From NCBI GenBank assembly GCA_965220965.1, contig OZ244852.1, forward strand, positions 160,001 through 224,000: 64,000 nt of DNA. Reading direction: 5' to 3'. Source of the stretch: Candidatus Marinacidobacterium sp. Its GTDB lineage: Bacteria; Acidobacteriota; Vicinamibacteria; Marinacidobacterales; Marinacidobacteraceae. The translations under genes were made by a program, and so were the position numbers. How positions within the stretch are numbered: the stretch's first letter is position 1; every line of letters starts with the position of its first letter. A model generated the notes under the pieces. The model was not told the origin of the DNA and searched no databases. It saw only the letters and a program-made list of their open reading frames with translations. Below, piece after piece: positions 37,860 through 48,058 of this stretch.

Positions 37860-40412
37860 ATGGGGTCGAAGCTGGTCCGTCGGATCCTCTTCATGCGACC
37901 CGTTCCTTCCCGCCGAAGCCGCCTTGCGGGCCTTGTGGGCGGGCTGGTGTGTCTGGGCGCCGCGGCGAGCGCCGGGGCGGCGCAGACCGGCCCCTCGCTG
38001 GCGGCGGTGCGCGCCTGGGAGCCTGCGGCCGAAGCGGTGGAGACGTCCCGGGCGGCCACGGTGGCGACGGAGCACAACGCCACGCTCCGCACCTACTGCA
38101 TGGTCTGCCACAACGACCGGATGCGGACCGGGAACATGTCGCTCGCCGATTTCGACGCGGCGGACGCGCCGGCGAGCGCGGAGCTCGCCGAGAAGGTGAT
38201 CTCCAAGCTCCAGCTCGGCATGATGCCGCCTCCGGGCGCCCGCCGTCCGGAAGAGGACGCGCTGCTCGAGATCGCGGTCTCGCTCGAGGACCAGCTCGAC
38301 GCTTCGGCGGCGGCGAACCCGAACCCGGGTCGGCGGTCCTTCCAGCGGCTGAACCGGGCCGAGTACTCGGCCGCGATCGAGGACCTGCTCGCGCTTCCGG
38401 TGGACGCGGCCGACTACCTGCCGCAGGACACGCTCAGCGCGAACTTCGACAACATCGCCGATGTCCAGTTGCTGTCGGCGACGCTCATGGATTCCTTCCT
38501 GCGCGCGGCCAGCGAGATCAGCCGGCTGGCGGTCGGGGATCCGGACGCCGCCGCCGCCGAGAAGGGCTACCACGTCAGTCGCTGGGCCTCGCAGCTCGAC
38601 CAGGTCGAAGGCGCTCCTTACGGGACCCGGGGCGGCCTGGTGGTCGATCACGTCTTTCCGGCGGACGGCGAATACCGCTTCCGGGTGGCCTTCCATCACG
38701 AGACCACCGGCGCGATCGTGGGATCGGGGTCGAGTTCGCTCCACACCTATGACGCTCCCGAACAGGTCGAGATCTCGATCGACGGCAAGCGGGTGGCCCT
38801 GCTGGATGTGGGCCGCTGGATGCATGTGTCCGATCCCGACGGGGTCAACCTCCGGACCGAGCCGATCTTCGTCAAGGCCGGGCCCCGCCGGCTGGCGGCC
38901 GTCTTCCCGAAGCACTTCGAGGGTCCGGTCCTCGATCTGATCTCGCCGCACGACTGGTCGCTCGCCAGCACCGCGACCTCGCGGACCTACGGGATCCACA
39001 ACGTTCCCCACCTGCGGGATCTCTTCATCACCGGCCCGTTCGATCCGACGGGGGTTTCGGCGACGCCGAGCCGCGAACGGATCTTCAGTTGCCGTCCGCT
39101 GGCTGCGGAGGAGGCGCGCGACTGCGCCGAGGAGATCCTCGGGCGGCTGGGGCGTCTGGCGTACCGGGGGAGCCTGAGCGAGGAGAACCTGGATGCGCTG
39201 CTCGCGCTCTACGACGCGGGAGAGGCGGAGGCCGGTTTCGAGGAAGGCATCCGGATGGGGATCGAGGGGATGCTGGCGAGTCCGAACTTCGTGTTCCGGA
39301 TCGAGGAGCCGGTGGACCCGAGGGAGGCGGCCTACGGTTACCGGCTGAGCGGGTTGGATCTCGCGTCGCGGCTGTCGTTCTTCCTCTGGGGAACGATCCC
39401 CGACGAGGAACTCCTCGACGTCGCCGTTTCCGACCAGCTCCACGAGCCGGAGGTATTCGAGGCGCAGGTGCTGCGGATGCTTCGGGATCCGCGTTCGAAG
39501 GCGCTCGCGAGCCGCTTCGCGTCGCAGTGGTTCCGGCTTCAGGATCTCGAGAAGATGAACCCGGTCGTCCGGTTCTTCCCCGACTTCCACCAGCAGTTGA
39601 AGACGGCGATGGTGGAGGAGACCGAGCGGTTCTTCCACCACCTGGTGGCGGAGGACCGGAGCATTTTCGAGCTCTTCACCGCGGACTACACGTTCGTGAA
39701 CGAGCGCCTCGCGCATCACTACGGGATCGAGGGAGTCTCCGGCCCGGAACACCGGATGGTCCGTTACCCGGATGACATGCGTCGGGGCATCTTCGGGCAC
39801 GGCAGCATGCTGACGCTGACCTCGCACCCCTACCAGACCTCGGCGGTTCTGCGCGGCAAATGGATCATGGAGGTCCTGCTCGGCAGCCCGCCGCCGCCGC
39901 CGCCGCCCGATGTGCCCGAGCTGGAAGCTCCGGAAGGGGGCGAGACGGTTCGCGAACTGACGGCGCGGGAGGCGCTGGAGATCCACCGGGACAACCCGGC
40001 GTGCCGTTCCTGCCACCGGATGATGGACCCGATCGGGCTGGCGATGGAGCAGTTCGATGTGACCGGCCGGCTCCGGGTGAAGGACGCCGGGCAGCCGGTG
40101 GACGCCTCGGGCGAGTTCTACGACGGGACGGCGATCACCGACGTGAGGGACCTGCGGGCGGCGCTGCTGAAGCGCCCGGTCCCGATGCTGCGGACGTTCA
40201 CCGAGAACCTGATGGCGTATGCGCTGGGCCGGCGGGTGGAGCACTACGACCAGCCGCGGATCCGCGAGATCGTGCGGGAGGCGGAGGCGTCGGACTACCG
40301 GATGTCGGCGTTCATCCTGGGGGTGGCGCGGAGTCCGGCGTTCCAGGAGAAGGGTCGCGCGCCGGCGGAGCCGGAGGCGACGGTGGCCGGGGAAGCCGGC
40401 CTGGAGAACTGA
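37860..40412 (+). CDS. DUF1592-type (DUF1587/1595/1592/1588/1585) exported diheme cytochrome c protein, copy A
   Basis: Signal peptide; CMVCH and CRSCH heme motifs; MMPP; RLNRAEY; LASRLSFFLW; NERLAHHYG; RGKWI; YALGR. Confidence 0.92.
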   Translation: MGSKLVRRILFMRPVPSRRSRLAGLVGGLVCLGAAASAGAAQTGPSLAAVRAWEPAAEAVETSRAATVATEHNATLRTYCMVCHNDRMRTGNMSLADFDAADAPASAELAEKVISKLQLGMMPPPGARRPEEDALLEIAVSLEDQLDASAAANPNPGRRSFQRLNRAEYSAAIEDLLALPVDAADYLPQDTLSANFDNIADVQLLSATLMDSFLRAASEISRLAVGDPDAAAAEKGYHVSRWASQLDQVEGAPYGTRGGLVVDHVFPADGEYRFRVAFHHETTGAIVGSGSSSLHTYDAPEQVEISIDGKRVALLDVGRWMHVSDPDGVNLRTEPIFVKAGPRRLAAVFPKHFEGPVLDLISPHDWSLASTATSRTYGIHNVPHLRDLFITGPFDPTGVSATPSRERIFSCRPLAAEEARDCAEEILGRLGRLAYRGSLSEENLDALLALYDAGEAEAGFEEGIRMGIEGMLASPNFVFRIEEPVDPREAAYGYRLSGLDLASRLSFFLWGTIPDEELLDVAVSDQLHEPEVFEAQVLRMLRDPRSKALASRFASQWFRLQDLEKMNPVVRFFPDFHQQLKTAMVEETERFFHHLVAEDRSIFELFTADYTFVNERLAHHYGIEGVSGPEHRMVRYPDDMRRGIFGHGSMLTLTSHPYQTSAVLRGKWIMEVLLGSPPPPPPPDVPELEAPEGGETVRELTAREALEIHRDNPACRSCHRMMDPIGLAMEQFDVTGRLRVKDAGQPVDASGEFYDGTAITDVRDLRAALLKRPVPMLRTFTENLMAYALGRRVEHYDQPRIREIVREAEASDYRMSAFILGVARSPAFQEKGRAPAEPEATVAGEAGLEN

Positions 40413-40445
40413 CGGGCCCCACGGGGTCTATCGACACAGGAGAGA

Positions 40446-41834
40446 GTGATGAACTACCTGACCGGGAAGAGCCTTCCGAGGCGGACGTTTCTGCGGGGAG
40501 CGGGGGCGACGGTTGCGCTGCCGTTCCTGGAGGCGATGGTTCCGGCGAGCGCGGTGGCGCGGCCGAACCTGAAGTCGGACCCGACGCGGCTGGTTGCGGT
40601 GGAGATCGTGCACGGCGCGGCGGGGAGCAACAAGTACGGGCGTTCGCAGCACCTGTGGTCTCCGGAGAAGGCGGGGACGGACTTCGACCTGTCGAAGGGG
40701 GCGCTGGCGCCCTTGGAGCCGGTGCGCGACTACGTGACGATCGTGAGCGACACGGACGTTGAGCCGGCGGAGGCGCGGACGGCGCGGGAGATCGGAGGGG
40801 ACCACTTCCGTTCGAGCGCGGCGTTCCTGACGCAGTCGTATCCGAAGCAGACGGAGAGTTCGGACGTGTTTGCGGGTACGTCGATGGACCAGATGTATGC
40901 GCAGCGTTTCGGGCAGGACACGCCGATCCCGTCGATGCAGTTGTGCATCGAGACGGTGGACCAGGCTGGCGGGTGCGCGTATGGGTATGCGTGCGTGTAC
41001 ACGGACACGATCAGTTGGGCGTCGCCGACGGAGCCGCTGCCGATGACGCGGGATCCGCGGATCGTGTTCGACCAGTTGTTCGGCGCCGGCGGGACGCCGG
41101 AGGGCCGGGTTGCGCGGCAGGCGGCGCGGCAGAGCGTTCTGGACTTCATCAGTTCGGAGGTGAAGAGCCTGTCGCGGGCGCTGGATCCGGAGGACGTTCG
41201 GCGGATGGACCGGTACATGACGGACATCCGTGAGATGGAGCGGCGGATCGAGCGGATCGTGGAGCGGAACACGAGCGGTGAGCTGCGGGATCTGCCGGAC
41301 GCGCCGGCGGGGGTTCCGGACTCGTTCGACGAGCACGTGAAGATCATGTTCGACCTGCAGGCGCTGGCGTTCCAGTCGGACATGACGCGGGTGTTCAGCT
41401 TCAAGCTGGGTCGGGACGCGTCGAGCCGGGTGTATCCGGAGAGCGGAGAGCCGACGGCGTTCCATCCGGCGTCGCACCACGGGAACTCGGAGGAGCGGGT
41501 GGAGATCCTGGGGAGGATCAACCGGTATCACGTGAGCCTGATTCCGTATTTCATGGAGAAGCTGCGGAGCATTCAGGAAGAGGACCGGACGCTGCTGGAC
41601 AAGACGATGATCCTGTATGGGTCGCCGATGGGGGACCCGAACATCCACAACCACAAGCGGGTTCCGTTCTTCGTGGCGGGTGGAGCGAACGGTGCGCTGG
41701 AGAACAACCTGCATCTGCGCGCGGAGGCGGGGACGCCGCTGGCGAACGTGATGCTGACGCTGCTGCACAAGCTGGGGCTGGACGATCTCGATCGCTTCGG
41801 GAACAGCACCGGGGAGTTCTCCCTCTCGGCGTAG
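40446..41834 (+). CDS. DUF1552 (HXXSHH) Tat-exported protein, copy A
   Basis: Tat signal PRRTFLRGAGATVALPFLEAM; FHPASHH; NIHNH. Confidence 0.93.
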   Translation: MMNYLTGKSLPRRTFLRGAGATVALPFLEAMVPASAVARPNLKSDPTRLVAVEIVHGAAGSNKYGRSQHLWSPEKAGTDFDLSKGALAPLEPVRDYVTIVSDTDVEPAEARTAREIGGDHFRSSAAFLTQSYPKQTESSDVFAGTSMDQMYAQRFGQDTPIPSMQLCIETVDQAGGCAYGYACVYTDTISWASPTEPLPMTRDPRIVFDQLFGAGGTPEGRVARQAARQSVLDFISSEVKSLSRALDPEDVRRMDRYMTDIREMERRIERIVERNTSGELRDLPDAPAGVPDSFDEHVKIMFDLQALAFQSDMTRVFSFKLGRDASSRVYPESGEPTAFHPASHHGNSEERVEILGRINRYHVSLIPYFMEKLRSIQEEDRTLLDKTMILYGSPMGDPNIHNHKRVPFFVAGGANGALENNLHLRAEAGTPLANVMLTLLHKLGLDDLDRFGNSTGEFSLSA

Positions 41835-41916
41835 ACCGGAGGCGAGATGCCGTTTTCGGGGTCGGAGAACCGCTCCGAACGGCGCCGCCCCATCGTTCGG
41901 CCGAATAACCCGGAAG

Positions 41917-41946
41917 CCCGGACCGTCGCCTTCGCGGCGGTCCGGG
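41917..41946 (+). terminator. GC-rich hairpin between DUF1552-A and ankyrin-A
   Basis: cccggaccgtcgc-cttc-gcggcggtccggg with only a weak U-tract. Confidence 0.5.
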
Positions 41947-42022
41947 TCGTTCCGTATCTTTTCCCGGGGCTCGGACCGGGGACCGGAGGGGCGACCCTCC
42001 GGAGCATGCGAGGAGGCTTGAG

Positions 42023-44038
42023 ATGAAGCACGGGACCGGAAACCGTTTCGGTCGGCGGATGGCCGCGATCGCGGCCCTGCTGCTGGCGGCCGCCTTTGGT
42101 CTGTCGCAGGCGGCGGCCGTGTCTTCGGTGCTGGAGGCGGCGCGCTCCGGGGATGTCGACATCCTGCGCGCCGAGCTGCGCGCCGGCGGGGACGTGAATT
42201 CCGCCCAGGGCGACGGCTTCACCGCGCTCCACTGGGCGGCGAAGAACGGCAACCGCGAGGCGGCCGAGCTGCTCATCGCGGCTGGCGCCGATCTGTCGGC
42301 GACGACCCGTCTGGGGAGCCACACGCCGCTCCACGTCGCCGCCGCCGCCGGCTCGGCCGGCGTCGCCGAGGCGCTCCTCGCCGCCGGCGCCGAGGTGGCC
42401 GGGACGACGGATACCGGAGCGCAGGCGATCCACTACGCCGCGGCTTCGGGGGACTCCGCCACCGTCGAGGTGTTCGCCGCGGCGGGCGCCGATCTGGACG
42501 CCGTGGAGCCGCACTGGGGCCAGACGCCGCTCATGTTCGCCGCCGGGATGGCGCGCGCGGATGCGGCCGCCGCGCTGCTCGCCTCCGGGGCGGACCCGTC
42601 GCTGACCGCCGCCGTGCTGGATATCGCCGCCCGCGGCGAGGCGGACCGCGTTTCGCGGCGGGCGCGCCAGGCGCGCGTCGACCAGGGCCGCGGCGGCGCC
42701 GGGGTCATCTTCGATCCGAGGGAGTTCGACCGGCGGCGTCGCGAGGCCCAGCGCAAGGCCCGGGAGGCGGCCGCCAAGGCGGAGGCCGAGAAGGGGCGCA
42801 CCTCCGAGGCGCCCGCCACCGCCGACGTGGGAACCGGCAAGACCGGGTCCGCCGATCTCGCCGACCTCAAGGCGAAGGAGGAAGCCGAGGCGAAGGAGCA
42901 GGCGGAGAAGGACGAGCACGCCGAGGCCCACGGTCATCCCGAAGACGAACTGAAGAAAGAGGAAGAGGCGAAGCGGGCGGCCGCCCCGGCCCCCGACCGG
43001 CGCAGGCGCGCCCGGACCGGGCCGCGACCGCTGGACTACGCCGAACTCGTAGGGACCCACGGCGGTCTGACCGCGCTGCTGCTCGCGACGCGGGACGGAT
43101 TCCGCGACACCGCGCGCGCCCTGGTGGACGGCGGCGCCGACGTCAACCAGCCGGCCGAGGGGCACGGGACGACCCCGCTCCTGATGGCGGCGATCAACGG
43201 GCACTACGACATCGGAATGGACCTGCTCGAGCGGGGGGCCGACCCGAACGCCACGAACGTCTCCGGCGGGGCGCCGCTCTACGGCGCGATCAACGCCCGC
43301 TGGATCGCGCAGCCGTTCCACCCGCAGCCCGCCGACCACCTGCAGCAGGAGACCTCGCACCTCGAGTTCATGGAGGCGCTGCTCGAGGCCGGCGCCGACG
43401 TGAACGCCCGGCTCGACCGCAAGCAGTGGTACACCACCTACAACACGGACCAGCTCGGCGTGAACCGCGCCGGCGCGACCGCCTTCTGGCGCGCCGCCTA
43501 CGCGCTCGACATCCCGGCGATGAAGCTGCTGGTCGAGCACGGGGCGGATCCCTCCATCCCCACGATGAAGGTGCCCGAGCGCACGCTGCGCCGGCTCACC
43601 TCGCTGATCGACGAGGACGAGACCGACGGGGACCCCTCCGGGCTGCCTCCGGTTCCGATCGGAGGTCCGGGAGTCCACCCCATCCACGCCGCGGCCGGGG
43701 TCGGCTACGGCCTGGGCCTCGCGGCGAACTCGCATCGCCATGCGCCGAACGCCTGGCTGCCGACCGTGAAATATCTGGTTGAAGAACTCGGCGCCGACCC
43801 GGACGCCCGGGACCACAACGGCTACAGCGTGATCCACCACGCGGCCTCGCGCGGCGACAACGCGATGATCAAGTACCTGATCTCGAAGGGCGCCGACCCG
43901 CTGGCGGTGGCGCGCACCGGACAGACGACGCTCGACCTGGCGAACGGCCCGGTCCAGCGGATCAGCCCGTTCCCGGAGACGATGGCGCTGCTCGCCAGCT
44001 ACGGAGCGAAGAACAACAACCTCTGCGTGGGTTGCTGA
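42023..44038 (+). CDS. Secreted ankyrin repeat protein with C-terminal CxxC, copy A
   Basis: AGGAGG RBS; signal peptide; repeated G.TALH/TPLH/TPLM..AA...GAD.N motifs; ends NNNLCVGC*. Confidence 0.93.
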   Translation: MKHGTGNRFGRRMAAIAALLLAAAFGLSQAAAVSSVLEAARSGDVDILRAELRAGGDVNSAQGDGFTALHWAAKNGNREAAELLIAAGADLSATTRLGSHTPLHVAAAAGSAGVAEALLAAGAEVAGTTDTGAQAIHYAAASGDSATVEVFAAAGADLDAVEPHWGQTPLMFAAGMARADAAAALLASGADPSLTAAVLDIAARGEADRVSRRARQARVDQGRGGAGVIFDPREFDRRRREAQRKAREAAAKAEAEKGRTSEAPATADVGTGKTGSADLADLKAKEEAEAKEQAEKDEHAEAHGHPEDELKKEEEAKRAAAPAPDRRRRARTGPRPLDYAELVGTHGGLTALLLATRDGFRDTARALVDGGADVNQPAEGHGTTPLLMAAINGHYDIGMDLLERGADPNATNVSGGAPLYGAINARWIAQPFHPQPADHLQQETSHLEFMEALLEAGADVNARLDRKQWYTTYNTDQLGVNRAGATAFWRAAYALDIPAMKLLVEHGADPSIPTMKVPERTLRRLTSLIDEDETDGDPSGLPPVPIGGPGVHPIHAAAGVGYGLGLAANSHRHAPNAWLPTVKYLVEELGADPDARDHNGYSVIHHAASRGDNAMIKYLISKGADPLAVARTGQTTLDLANGPVQRISPFPETMALLASYGAKNNNLCVGC

Positions 44039-44048
44039 GGCGGGCGGC

Positions 44049-46601
44049 ATGGAACATCGCATGGCATCCGGCCGTGAAGCGCGGCCCGGCGTCCTCCGGG
44101 CGCAGCTCCTGCTCCTTTCGCTGATCGCGGCGGTCGGTTTCGCCGGCGTTTCCGCAGGCCAGGAATCGCTCGGCGCCGGAGCTCCCACGATCGCCGCCGT
44201 CCGGAACTGGGAACCCGCGGCGGAAGGGGCGGCGACGCCGACCGCGGCGGTGACGGCGGAGCACAACGCCACGCTGCGGACCTATTGCATGGTCTGCCAC
44301 AACGACCGGATGCGCACCGGCAACATGTCGATGGCCGGGTTCGACGCAGGCGACGCCCCGGCGAGCCCGGAGCTCGCCGAAAAGGTGATCTCGAAGCTCC
44401 AGCTCGGCATGATGCCGCCTCCAGGCGCCCGCCGTCCGGAGGAGGACACGCTGCTCGAGATCGCGGTCTCGCTCGAGGACCAGCTCGACAGTTCGGCGGC
44501 GGCCGATCCGAATCCCGGGCGGCGTTCGTTCCAGCGGCTGAACCGGGCGGAGTACACCGCGGCGATCCGCGACCTGTTCGCTCTCGATGTGGACGCGTCC
44601 AACTATCTGCCGCAGGACACGCTGAGCGCCAACTTCGACAACATTGCGGATGTCCAGTTGCTCTCGGCGACCCTCATGGACTCCTACCTGCGGGCGGCGG
44701 GAGAGATCAGCCGGCTGGCGGTCGGCGACCCCGATGCGGCGCCGGCGGAGACGAGCTACTTCGTCTCGCGGTGGGCCTCCCAGCGGCGTCAGGTCGAGGG
44801 CGCTCCCTACGGGACCCGGGGCGGCCTCGCGGTCGACCACACCTTTCCGGCGGACGGCCACTACATCTTCCGGCTCTCGCTCCACCACGAGGTGTGCGGA
44901 CCCATCGTGGGGACGGGCGCGGCGGCGCTGAACTCCGAGGAGAATCCGGAGCGGATCGAGCTCTCGATCGACGGCGAGCGCGCCGCGCTCCTCTCCATCG
45001 ATCCATGGATGCACACCTCGGATCCGAACGGCGCCACCATGCTTACGGAGCCGATCTTCGTGAAGGCCGGTCCGCGGAAGGTGGCGGCCGCGTTCCTGCG
45101 CCAGTTCGACGGTCCGGTGATGGACCTGATCTCGCCCCACGACTGGTCGCTCGCCAGCACGAACATCGCGCTGACCTACGGCATCCACAGCCTCCCGCAC
45201 CTGCGGGACGTGCTGATCCGCGGCCCGTTCGATCCGACCGGGGTCTCCGCCACACCCAGCCGCGAGCGGATCTTCACGTGTCGTCCGCTGGCCGCCGGAG
45301 AAGCGCGCGATTGCGCCGGGGAGATCCTCGGTCGGCTGGGGCGTCTGGCGTACCGGGGGAGCCTGAGCGAGGAGAACCTGGATGCGCTGCTCGCGCTCTA
45401 TGACGCGGGAGAGGCGGAGGCCGGCTTCGAGGAAGGCATCCGGATGGGGATCGAGGGGATGCTGGCGAGTCCGAACTTCGTGTTCCGGATCGAGGAGCCG
45501 GTGGACCCGAGGGAGGCGGCCTACGGCTACCGGCTGAGCGGGCTGGATCTCGCGTCGCGGCTCTCGTTCTTCCTCTGGGGAACGATCCCGGATGACGAAC
45601 TCCTCGATGCGGCCGGTTCCGACCGGCTCCACGAGCCGGAGGTGTTCGAGGCGCAGGTGCTGCGGATGCTTCGGGACCCGCGCTCCGAGGCGCTCGCGAG
45701 CCGCTTCGCGTCGCAGTGGTTCCGCCTTCAGGACCTGGAGAAGATCAACCCGACCGTTCGCGTCTACCCGGATTTCCACCAGCAGTTGAAGACGGCGATG
45801 GTGGAGGAGACCGAGCGGTTCTTCCACCACCTGGTGGCGGAGGACCGGAGCATCTTCGAACTGTTCACCGCGGACTACACGTTCGTGAACGAGCGCCTCG
45901 CGCATCACTACGGGATCGAGGGCGTTACCGGCCCCGAGCACCGGATGGTCCGTTACCCGGACGACATGCGGCGGGGCATCTTCGGGCACGGCAGCATGCT
46001 GACGCTGACCTCGCACCCCTACCGCACGTCGGCGGTTCTGCGCGGCAAGTGGATCATGGAGGTCCTGCTCGGGAGCCCGCCGCCGCCGCCTCCTCCGAAT
46101 GTGCCGGAACTCGAAGAGATCGAGGCCGGTGAGGCCGGCCGTGAGTTGACGGCGCGGGAGGCGCTGGAGATCCACCGGGACAACCCGGCGTGCCGTTCCT
46201 GCCACCGGATGATGGACCCCATCGGGATCGCGATGGAGCAGTTCGACGTGACCGGCCGGGTCCGGGTGAAGGACGCCGGGCAGCCGGTGGACGCCTCGGG
46301 CGAGTTCTACGACGGGACGTCGATCACCGACGTGAGGGACCTGCGAACGGCGCTGCTGAAGCGCCCGGTCCCGATGCTGCGGACGTTCACCGAGAACCTG
46401 ATGGCGTATGCGCTGGGCCGGCGGGTGGAGCACTACGACCAGCCGCGGATCCGGGAGATCGTGCGGGAGGCGGAGGCGTCGGACTACCGGATGTCGGCGT
46501 TCATCCTGGGGGTGGCGCGGAGTCCGGCGTTCCAGGAGAAGGGTCGCGCGCCGGCGGAGCCGGAGGCGACGGTGGCCGGGGAAGCCGGCCCGGAGAACTG
46601 A
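44049..46601 (+). CDS. DUF1592-type exported diheme cytochrome c protein, copy B
   Basis: Same motifs and length (850 aa) as copy A. Confidence 0.92.
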   Translation: MEHRMASGREARPGVLRAQLLLLSLIAAVGFAGVSAGQESLGAGAPTIAAVRNWEPAAEGAATPTAAVTAEHNATLRTYCMVCHNDRMRTGNMSMAGFDAGDAPASPELAEKVISKLQLGMMPPPGARRPEEDTLLEIAVSLEDQLDSSAAADPNPGRRSFQRLNRAEYTAAIRDLFALDVDASNYLPQDTLSANFDNIADVQLLSATLMDSYLRAAGEISRLAVGDPDAAPAETSYFVSRWASQRRQVEGAPYGTRGGLAVDHTFPADGHYIFRLSLHHEVCGPIVGTGAAALNSEENPERIELSIDGERAALLSIDPWMHTSDPNGATMLTEPIFVKAGPRKVAAAFLRQFDGPVMDLISPHDWSLASTNIALTYGIHSLPHLRDVLIRGPFDPTGVSATPSRERIFTCRPLAAGEARDCAGEILGRLGRLAYRGSLSEENLDALLALYDAGEAEAGFEEGIRMGIEGMLASPNFVFRIEEPVDPREAAYGYRLSGLDLASRLSFFLWGTIPDDELLDAAGSDRLHEPEVFEAQVLRMLRDPRSEALASRFASQWFRLQDLEKINPTVRVYPDFHQQLKTAMVEETERFFHHLVAEDRSIFELFTADYTFVNERLAHHYGIEGVTGPEHRMVRYPDDMRRGIFGHGSMLTLTSHPYRTSAVLRGKWIMEVLLGSPPPPPPPNVPELEEIEAGEAGRELTAREALEIHRDNPACRSCHRMMDPIGIAMEQFDVTGRVRVKDAGQPVDASGEFYDGTSITDVRDLRTALLKRPVPMLRTFTENLMAYALGRRVEHYDQPRIREIVREAEASDYRMSAFILGVARSPAFQEKGRAPAEPEATVAGEAGPEN

Positions 46602-46634
46602 CGGGCCCCACGGGGTCTATCGACACAGGAGAGA

Positions 46635-48023
46635 GTGATGAACTACCTGACCGGGAAGAGCCTTCCGAGGCGTACGTTTCTGCGGGGAGCGGGGGCGACG
46701 GTGGCGTTGCCGTTCCTGGAGGCGATGGTTCCGGCGAGCGCGGTTGCGCGGCCGAACCTGAAGTCGGACCCGACGCGGCTGGTTGCGGTGGAGATCGTGC
46801 ACGGCGCGGCGGGGAGCAACAAGTACGGGCGTTCGCAGCACCTGTGGTCTCCGGAGAAGGCGGGGACGGACTTCGACCTGTCGAAGGGCGCGCTGGCGCC
46901 GCTGGAGCCGGTGCGCGACTACGTGACGATCGTGAGCGACACGGACGTTGAGCCGGCGGAGGCGCGGACGGCGCGGGAGATCGGGGGGGACCACTTCCGT
47001 TCGAGCGCGGCGTTCCTGACGCAGTCGTATCCGAAGCAGACGGAGAGCTCGGACGTGTTCGCCGGGACGTCGATGGACCAGATGTATGCGCAGCGTTTCG
47101 GGCAGGACACGCCGATCCCGTCGATGCAGTTGTGCATCGAGACGGTGGACCAGGCTGGCGGGTGCGCGTATGGGTATGCGTGCGTGTACACGGACACGAT
47201 CAGCTGGGCGTCGCCGACGGAGCCGCTGCCGATGACGCGGGATCCGCGGATCGTGTTCGACCAGTTGTTCGGCGCGGGCGGGACGCCGGAGGGCCGGGTC
47301 GCGCGTCAGGAGGCGCGGCAGAGCGTTCTGGACTTCATCAGTTCGGAAGTGAAGAGCCTGTCGCGGGCGCTGGATCCGGAGGACGTCCGGCGGATGGACC
47401 GGTACATGACGGACATCCGGGAGATGGAGCGTCGGATCGAGCGGATCGTGGAGCGGAACACGAGCGGTGAGCTGCGGGACCTGCCGGACGCGCCGGCGGG
47501 AGTTCCGGACTCGTTCGACGAGCACGTGAAGATCATGTTCGACCTGCAGGCGCTGGCGTTCCAGTCGGACATGACGCGGGTGTTCAGCTTCAAGCTGGGT
47601 CGTGACGCGTCGAGCCGGGTGTATCCGGAGAGCGGAGAGCCGACGGCGTTCCATCCGGCGTCGCACCACGGGAACTCGGAGGAGCGGGTGGAGATCCTGG
47701 GGAGGATCAACCGGTATCACGTGAGCCTGATTCCGTATTTCATGGAGAAGCTGCGGAGCATTCAGGAAGAGGACCGGACGCTGCTGGACAAGACGATGAT
47801 CCTGTATGGGTCGCCGATGGGGGACCCGAACATCCACAACCACAAGCGGGTTCCGTTCTTCGTGGCTGGTGGGGCGAACGGTGCGCTGGAGAACAACCTG
47901 CATCTGCGTGCGGAGGCGGGGACGCCGCTGGCGAACGTGATGCTGACGCTGCTGCACAAGCTGGGGCTGGACGATCTCGATCACTTCGGGAACAGCACCG
48001 GGGAGTTCTCCCTCTCGGCGTAG
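46635..48023 (+). CDS. DUF1552 (HXXSHH) Tat-exported protein, copy B
   Basis: Nearly identical to copy A. Confidence 0.93.
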   Translation: MMNYLTGKSLPRRTFLRGAGATVALPFLEAMVPASAVARPNLKSDPTRLVAVEIVHGAAGSNKYGRSQHLWSPEKAGTDFDLSKGALAPLEPVRDYVTIVSDTDVEPAEARTAREIGGDHFRSSAAFLTQSYPKQTESSDVFAGTSMDQMYAQRFGQDTPIPSMQLCIETVDQAGGCAYGYACVYTDTISWASPTEPLPMTRDPRIVFDQLFGAGGTPEGRVARQEARQSVLDFISSEVKSLSRALDPEDVRRMDRYMTDIREMERRIERIVERNTSGELRDLPDAPAGVPDSFDEHVKIMFDLQALAFQSDMTRVFSFKLGRDASSRVYPESGEPTAFHPASHHGNSEERVEILGRINRYHVSLIPYFMEKLRSIQEEDRTLLDKTMILYGSPMGDPNIHNHKRVPFFVAGGANGALENNLHLRAEAGTPLANVMLTLLHKLGLDDLDHFGNSTGEFSLSA

Positions 48024-48058
48024 ACCGGGGAGTTCGCAGCCCGTCCCGGAGGAGTGAG

